The notes beneath the pieces were generated by a model. That model was not told the DNA's origin. It ran no database searches and saw only the letters and a list, made by a program, of their open reading frames with translations. A stretch of 61,014 nt of DNA from Synechococcus sp. (lineage in GTDB: Bacteria > Cyanobacteriota > Cyanobacteriia > Thermostichales > PCC-7336). Below, one piece after another: positions 29,949 through 40,078 of the stretch. Each line of letters opens with the position of its first letter. The first letter of the stretch is position 1. Location of the stretch: contig JBFRWD010000059.1 of the NCBI GenBank assembly GCA_051439425.1, positions 1 to 61,014 of the forward strand. The letters are read 5' to 3'. A program made the translations under genes and the position numbers.

Positions 29949-30482
29949 CTACCGGACTTCAAATGCACGGGCCAGAGTAACTTCATCCGCATATTCCAAA
30001 TCCGACCCGTCTGGTAATCCGAACGCAATGCGCGTCACTAGCAGATTTGGGTTAATCTCTTTCAGGAAATCCGCGACTACGTGCATCGTCACGTCCCCTT
30101 CAACGCTAGGGCTAACAGCCATAACAACTTCGTCAGGCTTCACTGCTGCAACCCGCTGTGCTAAGGCCGTACATTCAGGCGATCGACCCCGACTCCATTC
30201 ATCGGCAAGATCGCACTCCAAGCACGTGATACGTCCTGTTAAATTCGCGCGTTTTCTCACGGGCGATCGAATCTTTGGCGTCAGCAACAATGCAGATTTG
30301 CTCAGTATCCCGCTGAGGGGAGCGGCAAATCTCGCATGGATCGTCGGAAAAACAATGGAAGAATTGGAGCATTGACCAATTTGCTGCTTGGCCCCAATCA
30401 AAGCATTTGCCAGGGCTTCTACCTCCGCTGTGGGGCGATCGAGGAGATGGAGTGCCAGCCGTTGGGCTGACTTGGGGCCAAT
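29949..30482 (-). pseudogene. recR: recR pseudogene: 5'-truncated, three single-base deletions
   Basis: [14 protein letters not shown] / (C)FH..DPCEIC..YHVLG / AILPMNGVG / EGDVTMH..TRIAFGLPDGSDLEYADEVTLARA spread over successive frames. Confidence 0.88.
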
Positions 30483-30609
30483 ACATCGATTCTGTCCTAT
30501 AGCTAGAATGACTCGATCTTATGACTGGACTACGATCGCGATTCTTCGAGGCACATTGTGCGCGAGGCCATCGCTTCAACACCTGAAGACCAGATTTCAT
30601 GGAGCGCTG

Positions 30610-31053
30610 TTATTGGAAAAAATCTCTCAGGTGACCCGGCAGTAAATTTATCCCCAAGGACGATTTCAAAAGATACAGAACGAGTACAACCGATCCGCTG
30701 ATGGCTAAATTGCAGCTAATCAACAGCATGACGACAGCAATTTTATTCGCTACCGCCGTCAGCTTCGATTTTGGGTACGAGCGTTTTTTCTGGCGCCGAT
30801 CCTTACCCACCCAGAGAACAATAAAATACCGTGCAAATAGCACATCCACGGTGAAACGTAGATCGATAATCTTAGGCGAAGGTTTTGGTAATGCCATGCC
30901 AACCAGACGTTTGATTTCGTCCAGTTGAGACGAAGTAAGACTCGCTCGCACAGCCGCCGACATACAATCCATCAAAGTCTCGGGGGTACGATTCCGAACC
31001 GACGCGGGAGCCTTACGATGACTATCGAGTAATTGATTCACTAAATTTGCCAC
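30610..31053 (-). CDS. Hypothetical membrane protein (cyanobacterial type)
   Basis: IIDLRFTV..YFIVLWVGKDRR and a TM helix ending LYLLKSSLGINLLPGH; start uncertain. Confidence 0.65.
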   Translation of the reverse strand: MANLVNQLLDSHRKAPASVRNRTPETLMDCMSAAVRASLTSSQLDEIKRLVGMALPKPSPKIIDLRFTVDVLFARYFIVLWVGKDRRQKKRSYPKSKLTAVANKIAVVMLLISCNLAISGSVVLVLYLLKSSLGINLLPGHLRDFFQ

Positions 31054-31104
31054 GCGCGCTCCCCTATATGGAGCAAGCCGTTCGAGCCCCTGAATCGCAT
31101 TCTG

Positions 31105-31557
31105 TTATCCCTCAGCATCAAATAGTAATGTGCCCATAAAAAAACCGACACACATACCGATCGCGCTGAGTAGCCGTAACCGCTTACACAATCCTTGCGG
31201 ATACCGTGCACACAAGTCACCATGCTGGCTCAGAAAACATACAATGCCGACACCGACCATCCACATGGCAAATACAATACGGGCCCAATACCGATACGGA
31301 CGAACCTCTTGCCAGATCTCGGGTCGGACATCTGCCACAAGAATTAATAAAATGAGCAGACTGATCCAAGTAATCGCAGGCACAATCCCCCCACGGCCCG
31401 ACCACAGTAGGTAGATAAAGAGAGCTCCGGATACAACCCACACGGCTATTGGAGCGGAAAAGGCGCATCCCATCCAAGCCATTCCTAACACGGCAAGGCT
31501 CACCACAGGCATTTGCAATAAAGGGCGAACACGATCTAAAGGAGCTCTCCATGTCAT
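31105..31557 (-). CDS. Hypothetical multi-pass membrane protein
   Basis: About five hydrophobic segments from ATG 31557. Confidence 0.55.
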   Translation of the reverse strand: MTWRAPLDRVRPLLQMPVVSLAVLGMAWMGCAFSAPIAVWVVSGALFIYLLWSGRGGIVPAITWISLLILLILVADVRPEIWQEVRPYRYWARIVFAMWMVGVGIVCFLSQHGDLCARYPQGLCKRLRLLSAIGMCVGFFMGTLLFDAEG

Positions 31558-31890
31558 ATGCCCTCTAGGCTGTTGTAGGATTCTGTGGTTATGCACGAAC
31601 ACGACACCTGCCACAATTACCGTAGTGTTGCCCATCCAACAATGTTCGAGCAATGAGGAATACACCGAGTTCCTGATGGCTCCACCTGAAGGAATCTCGA
31701 GGCCCACCGTTAGCAGCTGTTTTCGTATTGACAGGAAAAACAACAACTCGACAAGCCTGCCTAGTTCTGTGTCTGCGGAAAAGTGATAGGCGAATTATTC
31801 GCGACCAGACTTGCAGCGATAAGTTGTCCAGCTTGATGGCATCTCCTCATCGCAAGCCTGACAACTCAATAGGTAGTGTCACATCTACAG

Positions 31891-32787
31891 TTAATAGAGG
31901 CTAAATTGCTCGACTGCCGCTTCCCGGTTGGTGAAAGATTCCAGCCCTAAAGACTGCATCTGACAACAGAGAAAGGCATGGACACGCTCGTTCAGCCCAC
32001 AGATGGACAACTTTCCACGCCACTCCCGGCACATGTTAGCAGCCGCAATCAGCGATCGAAGCGTAGCCAGGTTGAGTGATGAGACCATACTCATATCCAA
32101 AACGATGTTGGGAGAATAGAGGGTCGCAATTTGGAACAGATCTTTGCGTAACTGCTTCGCCGACAATCGTTCTAAACGCCCCCATAGCGGAACAATGCTG
32201 AGCAAGTATCCCGTAGCTGATTCTTCAAATTCTAAGTGGCGTACCAGAACTAACTTATCTCGTTCATCGGCATCGAGCGATTGTCTCTGGGAAATGACTT
32301 TAGAGCGCTGGACTAATGTCCGGGCAAAAAAGTCCGCGGTTGATTGCTTGAGAACACCTCGCTCCGCTAGTGCCACCCCCAGCGGTAGAGGATGTCCAAT
32401 CTCCCTACGCTCTAAGAGTGTCCGGCTTAAATCACGTTCGGATACGAGATAAGCTTCAAGCAGATATTCTCCAATCCGTTTCTGAAAGGACAAATGACTT
32501 AACCACCGCGTATTACTGAAGAAAACAAGAGTGGAAAATTCCAGATCCGTTTCCTGCAAAACAATGTCTGCAATAGCTCCTCCCCGCAATTTCCACTGGG
32601 TTTGAATGGCCGCAATTTTTGCAGAGTCAAGTAGCTCGGCAGATTCAAGTCGCTTAAATATCGGAGCCTGTGGATCGATATCGAGCTTCCGATTGAACAA
32701 TCCGAGAAAATCACTGTTCAGACCATCCAAAACATGTACGTAACCTTCTGGGGGTCGATGCCCGGAGCGCTTGAGGATGGCAATCAT
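31891..32787 (-). CDS. STAS-domain protein with N-terminal MshEN/GSPII_N-like repeats
   Basis: KRIGEYLLEAYLVS..L and PLGVALAERGVL; C-terminal LWGRL..IVLDMSMV..GKLSICGL..F.NREAA. Confidence 0.65.
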   Translation of the reverse strand: MIAILKRSGHRPPEGYVHVLDGLNSDFLGLFNRKLDIDPQAPIFKRLESAELLDSAKIAAIQTQWKLRGGAIADIVLQETDLEFSTLVFFSNTRWLSHLSFQKRIGEYLLEAYLVSERDLSRTLLERREIGHPLPLGVALAERGVLKQSTADFFARTLVQRSKVISQRQSLDADERDKLVLVRHLEFEESATGYLLSIVPLWGRLERLSAKQLRKDLFQIATLYSPNIVLDMSMVSSLNLATLRSLIAAANMCREWRGKLSICGLNERVHAFLCCQMQSLGLESFTNREAAVEQFSLY

Positions 32788-32934
32788 GGTATCTATCAGG
32801 TACCCAATGGTGCAGACAGAAAATAATGTCTAAGCAGCATACGGGATATATGTATATTTTAATATTCGTAGTTTTACGGAGAAGAGGCTCTGGTTCGAGG
32901 GGATTGGCAAGAGGGAGCGGCGCAGTGAGGGGAG

Positions 32935-34269
32935 CTATGGATTGGAAAAGCGGCGGTAGACTTCCACCAGTGCATCGCGATCGCCCACATTGCCGGGAAA
33001 TAGAACGACTGGAAGGTTGGGAAAATCTGGGTGAGTATCGGGGGTTCTCACAACCGAGCAACCCGCCAGAATTTGTCCCAGTAGCCGCGCAGTTCGTAGT
33101 GCCAATCCTCTGCTGAGGACATCGTTAGAAGTGATGCCACCTTTACTAATCAGAAAACCGATATCGTGAGGAAGGCCCCGCACAATATCCATTAAAAAGT
33201 TGGAGACTAAGGTGCCAAACTCCAATCGGGTCTGAACATCTTCGAACGTTAGTTCATCGCGACTCGTGAAGACCACTGGGGTCTTGCCTTCTGAATATGA
33301 CGAGCGAATTGTGTTTAATATCTCTGTCAACAATTCTTTACGGCGATCGTGCAGCCCCGTTTGCAAATCTTCCAGCAGCAAATTGACATCGACTTCAACC
33401 CCAGCGACCCCTGGCTCCTCTAACAGACGAAACAGTTGTTGGGTTGTTTTTTGGACGTGAGAACCAACGATCGCAACACCTGGATGACCACCCCGAACGT
33501 ATTGAGACATCTCCTCTGGGGCAACAGGCTGGGGGGGGAGCTCTGCCAACGATGTCAGAACGCTAGCAGCACTGCGGAATAAAAACTTTTTGCCCTGAGA
33601 AGCGACCGTCAAGACATCCCGAGCAAATGCATCTAAATCCTCTTGGGTTTCGCCATCCACAACCACACATTGATTATCTTCAAGGGCTGCTAATCGATCG
33701 TCAACTCCATTGCGCAGATCGTCCAGGACAAAGCGCTCTACGCTATCCGCACCAATCCTTCCTCTTGTCTTTTCTTCGACATATTCCGGCAAATAGCTAT
33801 AGCTATAGGCAAACACAGAATCGTTAGCAAATTCAGTCTCGTGGACTGGAATGGCCGATCCATCAGACATAAGGTAGTGGACGCTATCGCGGGTAAAGCG
33901 CCCTCCCTCGAAAAAGGCCGGAACGAGAAAATGGGCGTCGAACGGACCGATTTCGCTAGAAATCACATCGGTTTCAACCGGATAGTGACCGCGTAGGGTG
34001 GAATCAGAGCGGCTAACGACCATGTAGTCTTGAATTCCTTCGGCCGCGATCGCTTCTTTCAAGCGCACGCAGACATCTCGGGTGACAGATGCAGCCTGAC
34101 CTGGTGTCAATGAACGTGTGTTGGTCAGCACGAAAAATAATGGGGACTCATCTCGCAATCCTATGCGTAACGTTTCCACATCCCAACGCATCAGCAGCAA
34201 ACATCCGTGTACTGTTTGGGAGCCAGTAGGGTCATCATCTAATACAACGATCTTGGGTCGGGCAGTCAT
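32935..34269 (-). CDS. Four-carbon acid sugar kinase family protein (DUF1537)
   Basis: VVLDDDPTGSQTVH, SRSDSTLRGH, VGSHVQKTTQQL, SKGGITS, FPGNVGD. Confidence 0.9.
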   Translation of the reverse strand: MTARPKIVVLDDDPTGSQTVHGCLLLMRWDVETLRIGLRDESPLFFVLTNTRSLTPGQAASVTRDVCVRLKEAIAAEGIQDYMVVSRSDSTLRGHYPVETDVISSEIGPFDAHFLVPAFFEGGRFTRDSVHYLMSDGSAIPVHETEFANDSVFAYSYSYLPEYVEEKTRGRIGADSVERFVLDDLRNGVDDRLAALEDNQCVVVDGETQEDLDAFARDVLTVASQGKKFLFRSAASVLTSLAELPPQPVAPEEMSQYVRGGHPGVAIVGSHVQKTTQQLFRLLEEPGVAGVEVDVNLLLEDLQTGLHDRRKELLTEILNTIRSSYSEGKTPVVFTSRDELTFEDVQTRLEFGTLVSNFLMDIVRGLPHDIGFLISKGGITSNDVLSRGLALRTARLLGQILAGCSVVRTPDTHPDFPNLPVVLFPGNVGDRDALVEVYRRFSNP

Positions 34270-34536
34270 GATGGCAGCAGATAAGGGGATGGAGTTTGGA
34301 AGCTAAATAAAGCGAGGTTGTGAAGGGATGAGTAAGAGGATTGGTCAAAAGCAATCGCGTTCACAGTGATTGTAGGGTCAGTCGCAGGATTCGGGTCAGT
34401 CTTCATCATCTGGAGCACTGGAAAAATCGGCGAACCCGGCACATGAGGTGTTGCGATTACTGCCCCTGTGCGGCTGATACCAGCGCTATTAGGCTGAAAG
34501 CGTGACTGATTCTCTAAGACACGACCAACTCATCCT

Positions 34537-35328
34537 ATGCTTCCAGTTCGTACTCGCTTTTATTCCCGGTGGAGATGTTTGGCACTCGCGCTGATCTGTA
34601 CCGCTTCATTACTTCTGAGTAGCTGCAGCCTACTGTCAGAAGCCGCCACCAGTGACGGTATTTATACCACTCGCACCGTTCACGACCCCGATGGCATCGG
34701 CAAATTTTATATGGGTCGTGAAATTGCGCAAGTGATGGGCCATCAAGGAGCTTACTGGCTAGAACGCCCCAGTCGAATTTTGGAAGAGAAGCCCCTCTGG
34801 GCAATTGCTGCACTTGACTTACAACAAGACGAGGTCATAGCAGACATCGGTGCAGGAACAGGATTTCTTAGCATTCGCATTGCCGAGCGCTACCCTGCCA
34901 GCACTATCTATGCAGTGGACGTGCAGCCAGAAATGCTAGATATCTTACAGCAGCGATCGGAGGAGTTTGCAGGCAACCAAATCATTCCTACGCTGGGGAG
35001 CGAAACAAATGTCAACTTGCCAGATAACAGCGTAGATATAGCCGTCATGCTGGATGCGTATCACGAATTTGCATATCCACGAGAAATGATGGAATCTCTG
35101 ACCCACGCCCTCAAACCCGATGGCAGGGTTGCTCTGGTGGAATATCGCAAGGAAAACCCGTTCATTCCGATCAAACCCGCTCATAAAATGTCTCAACGAC
35201 AAGCAAGAAAAGAGCTGAGATCGGTTGGCTTGCAGTGGAGAGAAACGAAGGATCTGTTGCCCCAACAGCATCTCATGGTGTTCGAGTGCGCACCAGGCGT
35301 GTGCGGCACCCGCCAAGCCTCCCCCTGA
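34537..35328 (+). CDS. Class I SAM-dependent methyltransferase with lipobox-like signal
   Basis: LLLSSC; YMGREIAQVMGH..WLER; IADIGAGTG; DAYHEF. Confidence 0.88.
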   Translation: MLPVRTRFYSRWRCLALALICTASLLLSSCSLLSEAATSDGIYTTRTVHDPDGIGKFYMGREIAQVMGHQGAYWLERPSRILEEKPLWAIAALDLQQDEVIADIGAGTGFLSIRIAERYPASTIYAVDVQPEMLDILQQRSEEFAGNQIIPTLGSETNVNLPDNSVDIAVMLDAYHEFAYPREMMESLTHALKPDGRVALVEYRKENPFIPIKPAHKMSQRQARKELRSVGLQWRETKDLLPQQHLMVFECAPGVCGTRQASP

Positions 35329-35957
35329 GACCGAAAAAGCGAACAACCCGAATTCTAACGTCAACGGCGAATTGAGTTGATTTACATGTGTAAGCCCAAG
35401 AAAAACGCCAAAGTGTTGCTATATAGGATTCAAATCGCACTCTTATTTCAATTGGTTTGTATTAGTTGAAATTTGTATTTCTATTACATGTGAAAGCCTC
35501 GGTGTAAATACTGGTTCATTCCGATCTCACAGTTCACAGACACCTTGTCGGTAGACCATAATCACTTAGAGGACAGAAAAACAGTAACCTCCGATCGTTA
35601 AATTGCTGCGTATAAACCACGAAATTTTACAGGCTGTAAGCAGTAAAGCCTGCTAAAAATCATTGGCTATCGGAAGTCAAGCTGCCTTGAAATCATTCCA
35701 GGACAAGGAATCTAGCCTCGGCGAAACACTTCTGTATTTTGTGAAGACATGAAAAGCATTGTGTATTTGCTTCTTTGCTATTTGAAACAAAAACATGCAC
35801 AATCAGTCAGTGCCTGCATATTTCCGTACCAGAATGCACTGATGCATTAAGGTACTTACTATTTCGTGTTTTGCTGCCGATTTTGGGTGTGTTGACCCAT
35901 ATAGATGCACCTACGTTTTTCAGCTTGAGTGCATGTCTCTAAAAGGAGTGTACCCAC

Positions 35958-38369
35958 ATGTCTGCTTTTCTTAATGATGGCCAATTAGTATTAGCAGGTT
36001 TCTTAGATAGTAGACGCGCCGATCTATCCGTAGATCCCTCCAGTGCTATTGGTTTGGTAGAGAGCAATGTTCGACAAACCTTCAACGCTCTGAGTCAGCT
36101 TTTAACAGATCGATCCGCGTACACACCCAATGCTCAAATAGCAGAAACTCTAGCCGATAGCGATTCAAATCGTCCGCTAGTTCCATTGCGCTCAGCAGAG
36201 TTTTCTCCTCGTAATTCAGTATTCTCTACCTCTGTCTCGCAAGTCAGTACGGATGCGTTATCGGGTGGAATGGCCGTAGTAGAAGCTCGCACTAACGGGT
36301 CTTCAGGCGAGGGTAGTATTGAATCCTCTTCAACTCCTAAATCGGTTGACGGGAAAGAAGCATCCACATCTGTTAAGTACTCGCAACCTACCCAGCTTCT
36401 AACCCAATCCATCCCTAACGAAATTGTTGTTCAAGCTGAAGACTATCGGAAAGGGAGAAACGGTGACACCTACTTTGACACCACGGCCAACAATCAGGGG
36501 GGGGAATATCGCTCCGATGCAGTGGATATCCAAAAAAACTCTGATGTTGGCGGGGGGTATAACGTTGGATGGATTCGTCAAGGAGAATGGCTCACCTACG
36601 ATGTTTCTCTCCAATCCGGCACTTACGACGTAACGATCCGTGCATCATCACTAAATGGAGGAGGGCGTCTTGAGATGGCGGCGGGGCGTTCGACAGATAC
36701 AGTCCGCATCGGAAAAACCAACAGCTGGCAAACATTTCAAGATTTCACTCTCGAAGGCTTTCAGGTGAATGGACAGCAAGACACACTCCGTCTGAATGTC
36801 CTATCTGGTGGCTTCAATCTCAACTACTTCAAATTCGTACCCTCCTCTTCCATCTCCTCTTCCCCGACACCAACATCCCCCACATCTTCGGAAAGCAGCC
36901 TGAGAATCGAGGCAGAAGACTACAGTAGCTACTACGACACCACAGATCGGAATCGCGGCAAAGCCTACAGAAATGATGGAGTCGATATTCGAGCTCACTC
37001 TCCGTCGAGCGGAGGCTTTAAAGTAGCTGAAACCCGACCAGGAGAATGGTTACAGTACGACGTCAGGCCAAAAATTGGAACCTATGACATTGTGCTTCGA
37101 GCATCGACCAACTCTGGGGGTGGCCAAGTCGATTTATCCTTCGGCGATAATCAAATCCCCTTCAAGTTACAAAGTCGCAAGGGCTTGGGACGAAATCATA
37201 GTTTTATCGCCAAGGGAGTAAAAATTGGAGCCGGTATAGATACTCTCCGGTTAGATATTCGGTCGGGCTTGATGCATTTGGACTACATCGAGTTCGTACC
37301 TCGTCCAAGCACATCTGGTGGCTACAATCCACCATCCGGAGAAGAAAACAATGGTGATGGAGATGGAGGGCAAGGCCCGAGCCGTGGCTCGGGGCCCGGG
37401 CCGCTTCCACAAACTCCGTTTAACCGGACCTATGGATATGGCTTGGTGGATGCATCTAAAGCAGTCAGCTACGCTCTGAACTCAGATCTATCCAAAATTT
37501 CCGACACGAGAAGCGGTAGCAATCGTGCTAGCCTTAACTCCATGAATGTGGCAGATGTTTGGAACGCTGGATTTACAGGTCAGGGGCAAATCATTGCGGT
37601 TCTGGACACAGGAGTGGATATCCAGCACCGGGACTTAGCCAAGAACATCTGGACAAATGTGGGTGAAGTGGCTGGAGACGGCATTGATAATGATGGCAAT
37701 GGTTATGTTGACGATGTCAATGGTTATGACTTCTATAACCTCGACGAAAATCCCAGTGATGACAACGGGCATGGAACCCACTTAGCAGGGATTATTGCTG
37801 GTCAGAGGAATAACTTCGGCATTACTGGATTAGCTCACAAAGCCAAGGTCATGCCCGTCAAAATTCTGGATAGCGACGGACTGGGTATCCTCGACGATAT
37901 TGTCAAGGGGATTCGCTATGCCGTAGATAATGGAGCTGACGTCGTCAACTTAAGCCTCAGTGTTGACTTCAGCCAAAGCTCTCTCCGTAATGCAGTGAAA
38001 TATGCTTATGACAGGGGAGTTGTTGTCGTTTCAGCTGCTGGCAACTATGGAGACGCTCGCCCGACCTTTCCTGCTAGATATGCCAAGCAATATGGTATCG
38101 CGGTCGGAGCCGTCAATTCTGGCAACCAGTTTCAGTGGTACTCAAACAAAGCGGGTTCCAACCAATTGGATTACGTCGTAGCCCCAGGTCACAAAATCAC
38201 ATCGGCAGCTCCCGGCGGTGGAATGGGGAGCAAAAGTGGAACATCTCAATCAACAGCTCAAGTCGCAGGAGTTGCAGCGTTAATTCGCAGTGCCAACCCC
38301 TACCTGTCGGCAAAGCAAGTTGAAGACCTAATTGTCAAAACAGCTAACTCGACAGCAGTGAAGGTCTAG
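35958..38369 (+). CDS. S8 subtilase with two N-terminal CBM6-like carbohydrate-binding modules
   Basis: RBS aaggag; two AEDY..GEWL.Y..G.YD modules; catalytic VLDTG, HGTHLAG, AAGN, GTSQS. Confidence 0.85.
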   Translation: MSAFLNDGQLVLAGFLDSRRADLSVDPSSAIGLVESNVRQTFNALSQLLTDRSAYTPNAQIAETLADSDSNRPLVPLRSAEFSPRNSVFSTSVSQVSTDALSGGMAVVEARTNGSSGEGSIESSSTPKSVDGKEASTSVKYSQPTQLLTQSIPNEIVVQAEDYRKGRNGDTYFDTTANNQGGEYRSDAVDIQKNSDVGGGYNVGWIRQGEWLTYDVSLQSGTYDVTIRASSLNGGGRLEMAAGRSTDTVRIGKTNSWQTFQDFTLEGFQVNGQQDTLRLNVLSGGFNLNYFKFVPSSSISSSPTPTSPTSSESSLRIEAEDYSSYYDTTDRNRGKAYRNDGVDIRAHSPSSGGFKVAETRPGEWLQYDVRPKIGTYDIVLRASTNSGGGQVDLSFGDNQIPFKLQSRKGLGRNHSFIAKGVKIGAGIDTLRLDIRSGLMHLDYIEFVPRPSTSGGYNPPSGEENNGDGDGGQGPSRGSGPGPLPQTPFNRTYGYGLVDASKAVSYALNSDLSKISDTRSGSNRASLNSMNVADVWNAGFTGQGQIIAVLDTGVDIQHRDLAKNIWTNVGEVAGDGIDNDGNGYVDDVNGYDFYNLDENPSDDNGHGTHLAGIIAGQRNNFGITGLAHKAKVMPVKILDSDGLGILDDIVKGIRYAVDNGADVVNLSLSVDFSQSSLRNAVKYAYDRGVVVVSAAGNYGDARPTFPARYAKQYGIAVGAVNSGNQFQWYSNKAGSNQLDYVVAPGHKITSAAPGGGMGSKSGTSQSTAQVAGVAALIRSANPYLSAKQVEDLIVKTANSTAVKV

Positions 38370-38461
38370 TATGCCACTGCCGAGTAGGATTTGCTCTACC
38401 CCCGTAGCTAAAGCGATTCATGAGATTAGCTACTCACCATAGAAGAGGATGTTTCAGCACC

Positions 38462-39790
38462 TCACGCAGATTCAGGCTTCGGTAACGATGAGGGGTGGAC
38501 GATCAGGCGTGCTGTGGAATGATCTTCCACCATTTCTTTCGTAATCGTGCAGGTGGTAATGTCCTGACGGGAGGGTACCTCGTACATGATGTCTAGCATC
38601 AGTTCTTCCACAATCGCCCGCAGGGCACGCGCCCCTGTCTTCCGCTTGTGAGCTTCGCGGGCAATTGCTGCGATCGCTCCAGGTTCGAAGGTCAGCTCGA
38701 CATCATCCATACGCAAGTACTTCTGGTACTGCTTGACGATGGCATTTTTGGGCTGGGTCAGGATTGCTTCTAGCGCTTTCTCGTGCAGCGGCTCTAGCGT
38801 CGCCACAACAGGAATACGACCAATAAACTCGGGAATCATCCCGAATTTGACTAAATCTTCGGGAGAGAGCTGTTTGAGGGTGTCACTGGTGCGCGCCTCG
38901 CGGGGCACCGTACCACCTTCCCCTTGTTTGATAAAGCCCATCGATTTGCGACCGGTACGCTGCTCGATCACCTTGTCCAAGCCAACAAAGGCTCCACCGC
39001 AGATAAATAAAATACTGCTGGTGTCGATTTGGATGCAATCTTGATAGGGATGCTTGCGTCCGCCTTGAGGGGGAACGCTGGCCACGGTCCCTTCCAACAT
39101 TTTCAACAGCGCTTGCTGGACACCTTCTCCAGACACATCGCGGGTGATGGAGGGGTTTTCACTTTTGCGAGCCACTTTATCGATTTCATCGATATAGATG
39201 ATGCCTCGTTGAGCTTCTTCAACATTTAAGTCAGCCACTTGCAGGAGGCGCAGCAAAATATTCTCGACATCTTCACCGACATACCCTGCCTCGGTCAGGG
39301 TAGTGGCATCTGCCACAGCAAAAGGAACCTCCAACATGCGGGCCAATGTTTCTGCTAGCAACGTCTTGCCAGAACCTGTGGGGCCAATCAGCAGAATATT
39401 GGATTTTTGAATTTCAACGCCATCCTCTTCCTGCGACTGAGCCGCTTCTGTACTGAGTCGCTTGTAGTGGTTATAGACTGCTACTGATAAAACTTTCTTA
39501 GCCTGTTCTTGACCGATCACATATTGATCGAGATAGTCACAGATTTGTCTGGGCTTGGGTAGCTGGGCCAACGAAGGTAATTCTCGTGGCGGACGTTTCT
39601 CCGCTTCCTTCCGGGCAGGAGCAGCTGCGGGCTGGGAACCGCCATCATAAAGTTCCTCATCCAGAATCTCGTTACATAGGTCTACACATTCGTCACAGAT
39701 GTAAACCCCTGGGCCGGCGATTAGCTTCCGAACCTGCTCCTGCGATTTTCCGCAGAAGGAGCATTTGAGGTGGGAGTCATACTTTGCCAT
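38462..39790 (-). CDS. clpX: ATP-dependent Clp protease ATP-binding subunit
   Basis: CSFCGK..ICDECV Zn finger, [22 protein letters not shown]. Confidence 0.98.
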   Translation of the reverse strand: MAKYDSHLKCSFCGKSQEQVRKLIAGPGVYICDECVDLCNEILDEELYDGGSQPAAAPARKEAEKRPPRELPSLAQLPKPRQICDYLDQYVIGQEQAKKVLSVAVYNHYKRLSTEAAQSQEEDGVEIQKSNILLIGPTGSGKTLLAETLARMLEVPFAVADATTLTEAGYVGEDVENILLRLLQVADLNVEEAQRGIIYIDEIDKVARKSENPSITRDVSGEGVQQALLKMLEGTVASVPPQGGRKHPYQDCIQIDTSSILFICGGAFVGLDKVIEQRTGRKSMGFIKQGEGGTVPREARTSDTLKQLSPEDLVKFGMIPEFIGRIPVVATLEPLHEKALEAILTQPKNAIVKQYQKYLRMDDVELTFEPGAIAAIAREAHKRKTGARALRAIVEELMLDIMYEVPSRQDITTCTITKEMVEDHSTARLIVHPSSLPKPESA

Positions 39791-40078
39791 GAGCCCTACG
39801 AATTGCTAGTAGCGTCAAGTAACCGCCTCCATCTTGCCCTCACCATGTCGCCACAAGAGCGCGAACGTAGCCAAAGATGTTAGCAGGAACAACACTCTAA
39901 CATTAGCCCCGATTTCTAGTAGGGGCGGCAGCCACCCACAAGACTTCAAACTACTTAGTGTCTGCTTCAAGCTACAGACCAACGTGCAGAAGGGCTACAC
40001 CAGCCCGGTTACCCAGTTCCGCCTCCCTAGCGAGACCGAGTCATCAGGGAAAACTACCCTCAGTCCTAACAACGTCTC

